Origin: Octopus bimaculoides
Taxonomy: Eukaryota
Reading direction: 5' to 3'
NCBI RefSeq assembly: GCF_001194135.2
Contig: NC_068989.1
Span: 42,278,774 to 42,342,773, forward strand
Length of the DNA stretch: 64,000 bases
Shown: positions 1 to 14,563 of the stretch, piece after piece
How the letters are laid out: each line of letters opens with the position of its first letter
How positions within the stretch are numbered: the first letter of the stretch is position 1
Position numbers and translations under genes: made by a program
Notes under the pieces: generated by a model
Databases searched by the model: none
What the model saw: the letters and a program-made list of their open reading frames with translations, nothing else
What the model was told of the DNA's origin: nothing

Positions 1-89
1 TTACTACTATTATTATATTGTATCCCTGGATAAAGCAAAACTAACAGCTCTGGCTCCATTGGTCAGGTGATTGATGATAAAAGAGGTGA

Positions 90-95
<6 letters not shown>

Positions 96-180
<85 letters not shown>
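96..180. repeat. (GA)n microsatellite
   Basis: Perfect GA run of about 85 bp. Confidence 0.98.
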
Positions 181-182
<2 letters not shown>

Positions 183-219
183 ATGGAGAAAAGTTATATT
201 TGTAAAGTGCTATACTGAC

Positions 220-311
220 CTGTTGTCACTGAGTTATCAAAATGGTCTTTAATGCCATAAAAACGATATGCATCATCAATGGAACTGCTAGCACCATCTT
301 GTAACAGACCA
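220..311 (-). CDS. CSPP1: CSPP1 coding exon 11 (GLLQDGASSSIDDAYRFYGIKDHFDNSVTT)
   Basis: Acceptor tctttatatttcaacag|, donor CAG|GTCAGT, 92 nt, phase 2-1; contains the conserved DDAYxFYG motif. Confidence 0.9.
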
Positions 312-3300
312 CTGTTGAAATATAAAGAACAAATATGGTGCAAAATGGATTAATAAACAAGGTGTAGTGAGTCTAACAAAGTGATTATAACAAAAGGTCT
401 AACAAAATATTGACTATAACAGAAGATCTGACAAGGTGTAATCTAAATCAGAAGGGCTAACAAGGAGTAGTCTATATCAGAAAGTCTAACAAGGTGCAAT
501 CTATAAGTTTAAGAGAACATAGACTATAGTATAAAGTCAAACCAAACCTAAATTATTGTCAGCCTAATAAGGTGTAAAGTCTTGGCAAGTCTGAGAAGAC
601 CATCTGTGGAGCTTGGAATCTTGAGTTTTGCCAATATTAAGTATCTGGGGTACGTTTTTAATATTTCTATAACTTCCAAGGCTTATAGAAGTTCCAAAAA
701 GATTATATACTTAAATACTTCAAACCTATATTCTCCCACCCAAAATTTAACATTTCAGGGTTGAACAACTGCAAAATATTTAGGGTATTTGGAACTGCCA
801 AAATTAAATACTTACGATGGTTCATAGAGCAAACTGGGAGGGAGAGGTGGTACATGATTGTTTTGTGGTAGGGTGCTGATACTTCTGCTCATAAGCTGTT
901 GGTTGTCAGTCCCTGTAAATCTCCCAGATAATTGAGGATGCTGAGAGTCAAGTGGAGGGCTGAAATATTAATAGATCTTTAGGTTATGGCAGTCAAACAT
1001 TGTTGTTTAACCCCAATCCCTTTTGATATTTACTTGCCAAAGATTGCACCTGGTTCTATTATACAGACGTACAGTTTTAAAGTGATCTAGATTAAAACTT
1101 TATGCCGCAAGGTTCAGTTCTTGTTACGGTTTAATGGCTTGCATGCCTCAATAACCCTGACAGTTATGCCAGAAAAGTGCAAACTCCTGCTAGGGCTTCC
1201 CTTGCAGGACAGGTCAAAAGGATAGTGACCAGACAAATTTGGACCACTTCTTTTCATTATTAGAAAATAAAAAAAGCGAAGTAAAAGCAGCATCAATGAC
1301 AAAAGAGGAAAGCCTTCCTTTAGGGAAACATGTGATGTGGTGCTGCAAAATCCAAAAGGAAGCTGCAAGCTGATTCTCCTTAACCTACGAGGGGGAATAA
1401 ACAGGTGCACAAGAAATTGTTGGAGGTAGGATATTGAGGAAGAGCTGAAAAATGCAGAGATCCAGTAGGAGAAAAGCAGGAAAGACAGCCCAGAACTGAG
1501 AACAGGAAAGAAAAATCATTGCTGGCCTATGCTCTACGGAGCAAAAAGCTTAAGAAAGAAATTAAAACTTCACATCAAAATTTCATGTTAAATACTGTTC
1601 TAAACATCAGCTTAATATCATCATCATTATCATCATTTAATGTCTGTATCCATGTGTGCATGGGTTGAACGGTTAAGTACTCAATTGCACTTGGAACATC
1701 CAGTTCAAAGTTCAAAACAACCACAATGGTGAAACATATGTAGAGACAAATGGTAAAAACATGTCTTTATTTCAATTTCTCTTAAATATGTTTACATATT
1801 TTCTCAGGAAAATCATGTCCCACCCCACCCAATGTTCATCTCTCAATGTCCCCAAGGGGTCACTACTGCCCAGGTTAAGAACACTGACCTAGAAGGACTA
1901 AAAGGGTAAAGGCCCCCTTGAGAAATGAATGACCATGGGATTGCACCTAGAAAGTTACCCTCCTAGGTACAAGTCCAGGCAAGGTTGTTTATGGAAGACC
2001 AGGCATCGCCCATGCATACCAGCTTCCCCTCTCCATGCTACCGATGTTATCCAAGGGAAAGGCAATGGCTGATACAGCTTGACACCGGTGACGTTGCAAC
2101 TCATTCAACAACTGAGTGAACTGGAGCAATGTGAAATAAAGTGTCTTGCTCATAAACACAACACACAACCTAGTCCAGGAATCAAACTCACTACGTCATG
2201 ATTGTGAGCCCAAAGCTGTAACGACTGAGCCATGCACCTTCATCCTAGAAGGATTATCACTCAATAAAACTAACTGATCACACTGTTGTTCAAGTAAAGT
2301 GAAAGTGCACATCGCTATCATAAACCAATTTAACATTCAAATACATGGCTGTCTTCTTTGCTCAGTATGCAAATGATTCTACCAGCTTGATACCTTATTT
2401 AATAATAAAAATATTAAATACAATGTTTTAATTACCATTTAGCTTATTTCATCATTAAATGAAATTATTATTACCTTCTATAATCTTGGAGAATGTCTTT
2501 TGTCGCAGGTTGAGTTTCCTTCTTAGCCTGACCAAATGGTAGCAAGGGTTCATAGATTTTTTTCGACATTTCTTTCTCTTCCCTTTAGAAATATAATATA
2601 AAACAAAACAACAATGATATCAGGCGAATGTCAAAACCTTGGTCCTAACAACAAATGATATGCTGTTTTGATCAAAAACTGGACCAATCTACTACACTGG
2701 TATTAATTTACAGTACTGGGTAAAAGCTGGATCAATCTATCACACTGGTCAAAGGTCAAACTGTTCTATTGTACTAGTCAAAGAGTTTAGAGATTTACTA
2801 TATCAGTCAAAAAGTTGACCAATTTACTGCAAGGGTTAACTCTGCTGATAGTAACCAGCCCGAGACTGATCCTCAGTCTATGACTCAACCCTCTTGCATT
2901 AACCCTTTAGCATTCAAATTATTCTGCCAAACGTAATGCTTATTTACGTACATTGTTTTGAATTAGTCATACATTAATCTCATAGCTTTGAAATTAATGA
3001 TGTGATTGTATATTTTTAGTATGACATAGTCAAGTGGATGTGAAAGGCAAAATCGGGCTAGTTTGAGCATAAAACAGGTAGAATATTTGGGCCAGATATG
3101 GCTGGTTTAAACGCTAAAGGGTTAAAGGGATGTGAATTAAAATCTTCCATCAGAATGTTATGTTAATTTAAGTTCCAAACACCGGATTAATGCTGACAAT
3201 TTTATTTTACTAAATTTTTCCTTATTAACTAAGATTTCTTTATTTCTAAATTTCACTATTACTAAAATTTCCATTATTTACAAAAATTTATTGAAACAAA

Positions 3301-6300
3301 GGCTTGTAGGTTCAGAGAAATATGGTAGCAAAAGTGTTAAAATGATCACTAATCTAATGTACAGATCGAAGAGCTGAGTATCTATGTGCCTTGAACAATT
3401 GCATTGAATAGCATCTTTGGCAAAGACATTTAACTGTCAATGGGTTTGTTCACATATGCATAATTTATGAGCAGTGAGCCCAACACATCACCCTCTCTCC
3501 CACCACCGCTAGCTCAATGTATTTAATGAACCCCTCTCATCCTTCAACATATTAAGTGAACTCTCTGCTGCATGCATTTAAATCAGATCACCATCACTAT
3601 TTTATTACTTTAGTGTCCACTTTTCCATGCTTGCATGGGTCAGGCAGAATTCATTGAGGCAGATTTTCTATGGCTGGATGCTCTTCCTGTTACCAACCCT
3701 CACTTGTTCACAAGCAAGGTAATATTTCCCCATAGCTGCAAATGTTTACACAGAAGATATGAAACAAATGGCATTACTTTTATGATAGTGGTGTTTATTT
3801 ATCATGCAAAATTAAGATAAGGAGACACTAATACACTTCCCCCCATACATACATATATACATCACATGGGCTTCTTTTCATTTTCCATTAATAAAGTCCA
3901 CTCACAGAGCTTTTGAGTGGTTTGGGGCAATAGTAGAAAATATCTATTCATGGTACCAAACAGTGGGATTGAACCTGAAATAGCATGGATGTGAAGTGAA
4001 CTTCTTAACCACAGAGACATGGCTGCACCTTTAGAGTCATGCCTTTACATACCTATAAATTGATGAGAAAGGATTTTCAGATGCTGGGCCTTTCTGAGGA
4101 AATGACAAGGGACTGAGAGATGTAGCAATTTGCTGTGCTTGGTAAGACATGTCAAGCTAAGTGAAAATCCCTGTCTTCTACACATACAGGCTTGTCCTTT
4201 CAGGTGCCGGTGCCACTTAAAAAGCACCCGTGCAGATATTGTGTAAATGCACCTGTGCCAGTGGCATGTAAAATACACCCAGCAAACTTTGTTAAGTTTG
4301 TTGGCATTAGGAAGGGCCATAGAAACGATGCCTCAACAGACAGCTGGAGTCTGGACAGCTCCCTGCTAGCCAGCTCCTTGTCAAACTGTCCAACTCATGC
4401 CATGGAAAGCAGACGTTAAATGATGATGATGATGATGATGACAAACACTGAGTATGAGCCACATGAATATGACCATTCTGGAAGGTCATGTAAAGGTCAT
4501 GTGCACTGTACCATCTCTCAATAACATCATCATTATCATCCTTGTTTCTATGTCTGCTTATCTAAACAGGAGCAGGTGAGACCAACTGACCATTCCAGTG
4601 TCTTTATGATCTTGGACTAAGCTACATCAATTATATTTACCTTACAAACAAAACAAAAGACAAAGATATTATGTTGACTTTACATTTGAATCAACTGGTG
4701 TCAATATTTATTTCAGCAACCTGTGTTAATATATAGATTGGCAAAATAACTCAATCTACATAATAATACATAATATAGAATATGGTATTTTATAATACTG
4801 ATTTCAAATTTTTGGCACAAGGCCAGCAATTTCGAGGGAGGGGGTAAGTCAATTACATCGACCCCACTGCTCGACTGGTACTTATTTTATCAACCATGAA
4901 AGGACGAAAGGCAAAGTTGACCTAGGCAGAATTTGAACTCAGAACATAAAGATGTGCAAAATGCCGCTAAGCATTTTGACTGGCATGCTAACAGTTCTGC
5001 CAGCTCGCCACCCTATGGTATTTTATTATATAAAAAATATATATTCAGAAAATACACTCTAAGACATACTACTTACAGTTTGGCAGCATTCTTTTCATCA
5101 ATTTGTCTTTGAAGTTCCTCCCGATAGCTCTGCTTTTTTCTTTGTCTAGCACTTCTCCTCTCTGTACCTGTTGAATAAATAGCCATACTTCATAGGTGAC
5201 TTTTTTTAACAGACAATTAGATTTATGTAAAATCTCTTTCAAATTTTCTTCATTAAACACAGTTACACTAATGTTCTCATATTAGTGTACCACAAGAGGC
5301 ACATATTCATATTTATGCTGGGATTTCACAGGTTAATTGTTCGAACAACTATGTTTATATCTGCATGCAGAGTAATCTTACAGAAAAAAAACAAGCAAAA
5401 GGAAAGTATAAAAACTGATAGAAGGGACATTCTTATCAAACAGCTAAGTATCCTCTAAAGTGTGTGTAAGAAGGAGATTCAATAGCACCATGGTTAAAGC
5501 TATAAAAGATAAGCAACAAATTCAGAAAGTCTTTGGGAAGAATGGAACGATACCAGGTTAATAAGGAAAAGCTTTTGTTTTTAACAGTAAACAGGCGGGT
5601 CTAAGGAAACTACTGAGGGTTTGTGTTGGGAATTAACTAACTGGCACGCTGTCAGTTATGACGACGAAGGGTCCAATTGATCTGATCAACAGAACAGCCT
5701 ACTCATGAAATTAACATGCAAGTGAGTGAGCACTCCACAAACACGCGTACACTTAATGCAGTTTTCAGGAAAATTCAGCTTGACACAGAATGTGACAAGG
5801 CTGGCCCTTTGAAATAACTGGTACAACTCATTTTTACCAGCTGAGTGGACTAGAATAACGTGAAATAAAGTGTCTTGCTCAAGGACACAATGCATTGCTG
5901 AGAATTGAACTCATGACCTTACGATTGTAAATCGAAAACCCTAACGACTAAGCCACATGCCTTCATTGTTGGGAATTAAAGAAAGTACAAACAAACCACT
6001 GATGAAGGCCCCTAACCAAGCCATTTGACTTTCCTTTCCATCCCAGCAAACTAATTTATTCCACATAACTTAATTCTTTTACAATCTGGAGAGAAGGGAC
6101 AGTGCCCATAAGCTTTTCAGGTTGAGGTTTGTAAGGAGTATGTGGACAGGTTCCAGAGGGTAATTGATTTGTACAGGGTTTTTGTGGATGAAACACGATT
6201 GACAAGTCCCCTCAACCCCTTGGGGGTCGTTGGGATGCTGCAGCATATCTAGGGTGACAAAACCTGGCAGAACTCATCCCTATCCAGGCTAAACTCATTT

Positions 6301-8181
6301 CTACAGCTGGGTGGACTGGAACAATGTGAAACGAAGTGTTTTGCTCGAGAATAAACAGATCGACCAGTTTAGGAATTGAAACCACAATCTTATGGTCATG
6401 AATCCAACACTCTAACCACTAAGTGATGCGCCTCCACTAAAGGTACTCATTTTTACTGCTGAGTGAACTGGAGCAACGTGAAGTGAAGTATTTTGCTCAA
6501 GTACACAACACATCGCCAGGTCCAGGAATCAAAACCACAATCTTACGATTCTAAGTCCAGTACACAAACCATTAAACCATGTGCCTCTGAAACACAATAG
6601 GGCAGACAAAAGAAAACATGGATTGTGGTACACAGCTTGATAGCTTAGGGCCTAATTTCACCCAACTAGAGTACAAACCTGAAATATTTAGAAGGAAATA
6701 TCTCCAATTTGACTTTGATGAAGGAAGAAGCAAAATTTTCGATCTATCAACCTCAACACTCATGGTTAGATTTTCATTTTCCAGTTCAAGTTTTGTTAAT
6801 GCAGACAAAATACAGTTAAATCATCTGTAAATTCTTTGATTCCTTAGTGAACATAAAATTATTAATATTAAAAATATCTTGGCTGTATGGTAAGAAGCTT
6901 GCTTCTTAGCCACATGTTTCTATCTACCAAATCCACTAGAAAACATTTGCCCAAAGTGCCATGCAGTGGGATTGAACTTGGAACTATGTGGTTAGGAAGT
7001 AAATTTCTTACCACACAGGCCATGCATACACCTATCTATAGACTGATTAATCCTTTTGTTACTGTATTTCTATCTTTGTTTCAATTAATTTTTAAAATAA
7101 AGCATTAATTAAAATAACTTCGTCATAATTAAGCTAGTGTTTGGAATATAAAATGGCATGAAATTTTAATGGAAAGTTTTAATTATGATCATTTTAAATA
7201 AAGGATTTTGTAGCATAAAACAAGGAGTAATTTCAAGCAGGCTGGTAAAAAAATGTAAAGACTCCATTTGGTCATAAATGACCATGGAATTGTACCTAGA
7301 AAGTTCTCCTCCGAGGCACCTGTCCAGGCAAGGTTGTTTATGGAAGACCATCAGTCGCCCATGCATACCAATCTTCCTTCTCCACACCACCATTGTTACC
7401 CAAGGGAAAGGCAAAGGCTGATACAGTTTGGCATCAGTAACATTGCAACTCATTTCTACAGCTGAGTAAACTGGAGCAATGTGAAATAAAGTGTCTTGCT
7501 CAAGAACACAACACACTGCTCAGTTCGGGAATCGAACAGACTACATCATGATTGTGAGCTTGGTGGTCTAACCACTGAGCCATGCACCTTCAAGCAGGTT
7601 GATATCAAAAGGGTTAATAGGCAGATATGTGTCTACATCTGTCATACCGTCTTTGTTATATTAGTCTAGATTTGTCAAATTCTGTTCATCACATTTGTCA
7701 AACTGAGTTCATGGCACTTAAAAAAACATTACAGCAACAGCAAAAAAAAAAAAAATTTAAGAAAATTGTAATGCATTTAGAATTTGTTAAAATATTATTT
7801 TAAAAAAATTTTGACACATGGACTGACCTAATGGTAAAGTAGCATAGGTTTCTTCAGTCTTTCTTGGAGGATATCGACTTCTGGTGGGAGTTCCTGGGTT
7901 TATAGGGCTTTTGTGTTGAAATTGTTCAGTTCCCTTGTTTGCTGTGAAGATCTGTGATATATTGGTGGCTGGCAGAGTTGGCAGTGGATGGCTTTGAGGG
8001 AGCTAACAAGAAAATGAAGGCATGATTAAGCTTAGCAAAATATATATGTGTATGTATGTATAATAGTGTGTGTTCATGTATATGAAAGAGCAAGGATAAT
8101 ATGAATGTAAGTGACTTAGGTGTACATACGTGAGCGGGCAAGTATAATATGTGTGTGTCTGAGTTAAGTATAAATATATGC

Positions 8182-8229
<48 letters not shown>

Positions 8230-11200
8230 AAGAGAGAGAGAGAGAGAAAAGAATTTAACTAATAGTTAGTGACAGCCAATTCAATTTGGTAATATTTAGA
8301 TGATTACTAAGATAGCAAGCTGGTGAACTGTTAGCAAATCGGGCAAAATGTTTAGCAGCATTTCATCCATTTTTACGTTGTTACTTCAAATTCTGTTGAG
8401 GTCGACTTCGCCTTTCATCCTTTCGGAGTTGATAAAATAAGTGCCACTTGAGGACTGTAAAGGGTAAAGGTAAAGTTGCCTTCTCGAGTTGTACCAACCC
8501 ATAAGGGCCAGTTTCTCAGTTTGCATGGCGGACAGGATGCTGGTCTGTTGCAGGATTACTTTTTTTGCCAGCTGAATGGACTGGACCAATATGAAATGAA
8601 GTGTTTTGCTCAAGAATACAATGCATCGCCCAGTCCAGGAATCGAAACCACAATCTTACGATCATAAGGCCAACTCCTAACCATTAAGCCATGCACTTCC
8701 ACTAGTTGAGTACTGGGGTTAGTGTAATTGACTAGTCCCCCCTCCTGAACTTGCTGGCCTTGTGCCAAAATTTGAAATCAAAATTTGGATGATTACGAAG
8801 GTGAAACCAACTAGCATTATAGTATTTTTAGTACATACATAGATGTATACATAGATGATGGTTGTGGTGTGTAGTGAGTGAGGTGGTGCTCAGAAGTTTC
8901 AGACTTTGGGTAAAAGAAAATATGGAAGATTCGTACTCCAAAGCAGAAGCATTAAGAACGGTCCATCTGATGGTGTAAAGCACTCATGACAGTGTCATGT
9001 AAAAGAGACTGTGGTGTTGCAGAAAAGCAACTGTGTGGTGCCATGTAAAAGCACCTGTGCACTGCCACATAAAAGTGCCCATGCGGTGCCATGTAAAAGA
9101 GCCGGTGTGGTGCCACATAAAAGCACCTGTGCAGTGCCATGTAAAAGCACCTGGCACACTCTGTAGAGTGATTGGTGTTAGGAAGGGCATCCAGCTATAG
9201 AAACCATGCTAAGTCAGACTGGAGTCTTGTGCAGCTCTGGTCAAACCGTCCAACCTATGCCAGTGTGGATAATGGACATTAAAAGATGATGCTTTCTGTT
9301 GTAATTAGCTATTTCCCACTATGGTATTTGTTCTGACCGCAAGGCAGTGAGCTGGCAGAATCGTTAGCACGCCAAGCGAAATGCTTAGTGGTAATTCGTC
9401 TGCTGCTACGTTCTGAGTTCAAATTCCGCCAAGGTTGACTTTGCCTTTCATCCTTTCGGGGTCGATTAAATAAGTACCAGTTACGCACTGGGGTTGATGT
9501 AATCAACTTAGTCCCTTTGTCTGTCCTTGTTTGTCCCTCTATGTTTAGCTCCTTGTGGGCAATAAAGGATTTAGGTATTTGTTCTAACACTTGGTACACT
9601 GATTTCAAATCATGTTGATGTCAACTTTTGCTTTTCATCTTTGTAGGGTTGATATCAAAAATAAACAAAAACGTTTCAATTCCCTATGTTTACATGGGTG
9701 GAATAGTGTGTTTGCTGGGACAATTGCTTTTATAGATGGACAGATGCATAAAGAAATGCTGATCCTGTGGAAGGAACCTGTGGAAGAGGTAGAGTCAGGA
9801 AAACGTGGGATGAGGTTATGAAATGTGATCTTTGGATGTTGAGCCTCATGGAGGGAATGATAGGTGACTGAAACTTCTGGTGAATTGCTGTGCTTGAGAA
9901 GACATGCCAAGCTAAGTGAAATCATAGTTGTGGCCAGTGCTGGTGACATATAAAGGACACCAATGCAGGTGACATCTAAAAGACTCCCAGTACACTCTGT
10001 GAAGTGGTTGACTTTAAGAAGGGCATCCAGCCATAGAAACTAAGTCAAAATAGAGCTTGTGCAGCTCTCTGGCTTACCAGCTCCTGTCAAATCATCTAAC
10101 CCATGCCTGTATGGAAAATGGATGTTAGATGATGATGATGACGACAATGTTCTTCCCACTACTAAAAATGTGGTAAGTAAATAGAGTTATGTGCCTGGCT
10201 CAAAGGAACAACACAATTTAGAACTCACAACCAGGTGGTGAGCAACTTAAAACCTCAAACCCACTATACTACATTACTGGAAATATAAAATGCTATTTCA
10301 AGACTGCTGGAGTTTTGAGCCCATGACCAGTAAGTTCAAACTTAGTAGCAGCAAGTATCAAAGTATCAATTAACTCCAGCTATTTTACAAACATAACACA
10401 TCACCCTATATCTTGTTGGTGATCAGCCTCAGGTCAGCTGAGATCCAGTTGACATATAATTAAAAACAAAACCATCTTCCTCAGACAGAGTGTACCTAGG
10501 ACTACATTAATCCAATGTATTCTATTATTTAAAAAAAAACCCACTAAGGTATGATTTGATAGATATTTAACTGCTATTTCTAGTAGGCACAACAGCAAAG
10601 TGGAAGCTGTCTCAGCTCATTGTTTTTATTTGTCTCGGACAAAAATTTTCATTGAATCTTTCTGTGGTAAGATGTAACTTGGCTATTATTTCTAGCAGAA
10701 TCAGTGACCACATGCAGATTCTCTTGGTGACTGTTAGATACCCTATATTTTGTGAGAGTGCACGTGTATGTGTCTCTGTGTGATGCGTGTATGTGGTATG
10801 GATAAATTACAAAATTATATTTAACAAAAAATTTAATGAGTAGATCAGAAAAGACAGAAAACACATAAAGTGAACTTACAGGGGAAATTTTGGAGTCTAA
10901 AGGATGTGGTCCTTCTCGTAGTTTGTCCCAAAGAGGATCATCAAGTAAATTATTAGATACTGCAAGTAATGGTGATTGGTTTCTTCGAAGACGAGACTCT
11001 ATTTCTTCATTAAGCGTTGGTTGGTATTGCCTAAAAAAGAAAAAAAAAGTACTAGAGATATTATTAGTGTTTGATAGCAATACAAGAAAAGACATTAGTT
11101 TTTGGTTATACAGTCAGTGATAGTTATGATAAACATAGTTGTTTGGCTATGAATGACTGGCAGTCCATCGGTTATGACGATGAGGGTTCCAGTTGGTTTG

Positions 11201-12129
11201 TTTAACAGAACAGCCTGCTCGTGAAATTAACATTGAAGTGGCTGAGCGTTCCACAGACATGTGTACCTTTAACATAGTTCTCAGTGAGATTCAGTGTGAC
11301 ACAAAGTGTGACAAGACTGGCCCTTTGAAATACAGGTACGACTCATTTTTGTCAGCTGAGTGGACTGGAGCAATGTGAAATAAAGTCTTGTTGGGTGATG
11401 GTTCCTATAGCTTGATGGTCTTCCTAGCACCAATACCAAACATATTGTTATTTCTTAGAGACGATCATCATCATTATCATCACCAACATTTAATATCTGT
11501 TTTACATGCTGGCATGGGTTGGATGGTTTGACAGAAACTGGCAAGGCAAATTGTTTGTTTTGGCAGGGTTTCCATGGCTGAATGGTCTTCCTAATACCAA
11601 CCACTTTAGAGAGTGTACTAGGTGCTTTTTACATAACACCTTGGTTTTAGAATCTCAATTCTGTTGTGGTGGGCAGGTCTCCTTGAGTACAGCAATATGC
11701 CACATAACTTGGTCTTCTGTCATCTTCCTCATAAGGCTTAGCATTTTGTATACAGCTATGTACACACACACACACACACACACACATATAGGGTAAACAT
11801 AAAGACTCCCTTCAGTCATGAATGACCATGGGCTTGCATCTAGAAAGTTCTCCTCCAAGGCACAAGTCCAGGCATGGTTGTTTATGGAAGACCAGCTATC
11901 GTCTATGCATACCAGCCTCCTTTCTCAATACTACTGATGTTACCCTTACCCAAGGGAAAAGCAAATATCGATACAGCTTGGCACCAGCGATGTTGTAACT
12001 CATTTCTACAGCTGAGTGAACAGGAGCAATGTGAAATAGTGTCTTGCTCAAGAACACAACAAACAGCCTAGTCCAGGAATTGAACACATTACCTTATGAT
12101 TATGAGCCTGACGAATCATACGTGTTCAC

Positions 12130-12163
<34 letters not shown>

Positions 12164-14402
12164 NNNNNNNNNNNNNNNNNNNNNNNNNNNNNNNNNNNNN
12201 NNNNNNNNNNNNNNNNNNNNNNNNNNNNNNNNNNNNNNNNNNNNNNNNNNNNNNNNNNNNNNNNNNNNNNNNNNNNNNNNNNNNNNNNNNNNNNNNNNNN
12301 NNNNNNNNNNNNNNNNNNNNNNNNNNNNNNNNNNNNNNNNNNNNNNNNNNNNNNNNNNNNNNNNNNNNNNNNNNNNNNNNNNNNNNNNNNNNNNNNNNNN
12401 NNNNNNNNNNNNNNNNNNNNNNNNNNNNNNNNNNNNNNNNNNNNNNNNNNNNNNNNNNNNNNNNNNNNNNNNNNNNNNNNNNNNNNNNNNNNNNNNNNNN
12501 NNNNNNNNNNNNNACACACACACACACACACAGAGTTGGCAATTTCTTTTCTTTCTTTGGACTTTTCCCTTTCTCTTTTCTGATGAAGAGCTATGCTTGA
12601 AATGTTAAAAACTTTTTTTCATACCGAGTGTCAAATTAATACATTCCTTGTGCATGTTCTCTTGCTATCTGTTAATTTTGTTACTCATATATTTGAATTG
12701 ATTGTGTATTTGTATTGGCCATATAAGGTTGGCAATAGGAAGAGAGCATTCAGCTCAGTAAAATGTTCACTTAACCCAAGCTAACAAGAAAAATCAGATA
12801 TAAAAATGTGAATAAATGAATAAATAGATATATACCCACACACACATACACATGCAAATAGATAGATAAATAGGTAGATAGATAGATAGCAACTGGTGCA
12901 GACATGACAGACTAAAAGAATTGAAAACTGAAGGCAGCATTACCTGCTAGTATTCGGTTCATCTCTACTCCTTTCATGGGGTCCATTTGCCCATTTGATA
13001 TGTTTATTGGGCTCTGAACTTTCTGTGTTCTCAATAGCTTTCAAGCGATTACGCAACAAAGGCTTTTCTACACCAAACACATCCTGGGATATAAATAATA
13101 AAAATGATGAGGGCTTCAGACTCTAATAAAAAGGCAGTTCATTTATGGTCACGATTTGACAACAAAATTCTTCAATGTAATGTAATCTTGCCTCATTGTC
13201 AAAACATTAATTTCATTTTTTTTTTTTTTTTTTACAAAATATAGCAATTTTAAAAGGAAGATTCTCAGCGTTACTAGTCAGAAATAACAGACAAATCTCT
13301 TTCAAATCACATCCTATTCATTATCATCATCATCATTTAATGTCCACCTTCCATGCTGGCATGGGTTGGATGGTTTGACAGGAGCCAGCTAGGCAGGAGC
13401 CTGCACCAGATTTCTGTGTTTGTTTTGGCAGGGTTTTTATGGTTGGATGCCCTTCCTAACACTGACCACCCAGCAGAGTGGACTAAGTCCACATGACCAC
13501 CAGAAAGGACACAGTCATACCTGGAATGTCATAGATCATAGGGCTGCTTGATTCTAGTTTTGAGCAGATGATAAGCAACAAAATATGAGGGGGTGCTGAA
13601 AAGTTCTTGGTTTTAAGGGTATTGCAAAAGGCTTGGTTGGAGGCCCAACCTTCTGAGTTCTTTTACAGGGCTTAGAATAGGACTACTGCAATAAGTGTGC
13701 AAATTTGAAAGGGAAATATGTTGGATAAAATCATAATTAACTGATCCTCCTGTATTTTCTTTTACCCAAAGCCAGGAACTTTTCAGCACACCCTCATATA
13801 GTATACATTATATCCAACAAGATGTATACTATATACACTATATTATATACTCTATATGTAAGTACCAGCTAGGAAGCCTCTATATGGTTGCCCAACCTGC
13901 TATAAAACAACCTGCTATAAAACAACAGCTAAATTGCCCTCAAATATGCATGTTTGATGTGGCCCCAGAGACACAATGTCTGAATAAAACATAGGATGGT
14001 AATAGATGAAGAACCTTTGATTAACCCTTTAGCATCCAAATGTAAGGCTTTTTCATTCACACTGATTTTAATTAATCGTGCATCATTTTGTAAATTTGAA
14101 TTTCTTATGACATGATTGTATATTTTTAGAATAACATTGGGAGGTAGCATATGTGGGTTGGATACGGCCAGTTTAAATGCTAAAGGGTTAAAGAGCAACT
14201 CCACCACCAATAATTACTGATACTGACCAGTGATAAACTGCTTCCAAAGCCTGGGTGTGAAGCTGTATTGTCTACAGGTCCTTTAGAATTACCATAACGT
14301 CGCAGGTTCTCCTGCAAACCAGAGCAGTATAGCGTTAGTAATCTCAAACACAAACAGCTTACTGCAACAGATTATCCACCAAATTCATAAGAAAACTAAC
14401 TG

Positions 14403-14472
<70 letters not shown>

Positions 14473-14527
14473 TATGAGTAAAACAACAAACAGAGACAAC
14501 TGACTGAAATGTCTCCCTATCTGTCTT

Positions 14528-14563
<36 letters not shown>

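Noticed and set aside
816-912. Internal AG acceptor (gatttacag|GGACTGAC) in exon 10
   Set aside because: It is phase-incompatible with exon 9 (immediate TGA). The acceptor at 959/960 keeps the frame and has the better pyrimidine tract.
1114-1560. Purine-rich + strand segment / ORF 1114-1410(-) as an extra exon
   Set aside because: Exons 9 and 10 join in frame without it, and there are no convincing splice sites or recognisable protein motif.
5069-5260. ORF-track peptide VQRGEVLDKEKSRAIGRNFK as the true exon 8 frame
   Set aside because: Exon 7 ends in phase 1, which selects the TERRS...YREELQRQIDEK frame, and that frame matches CSPP1.
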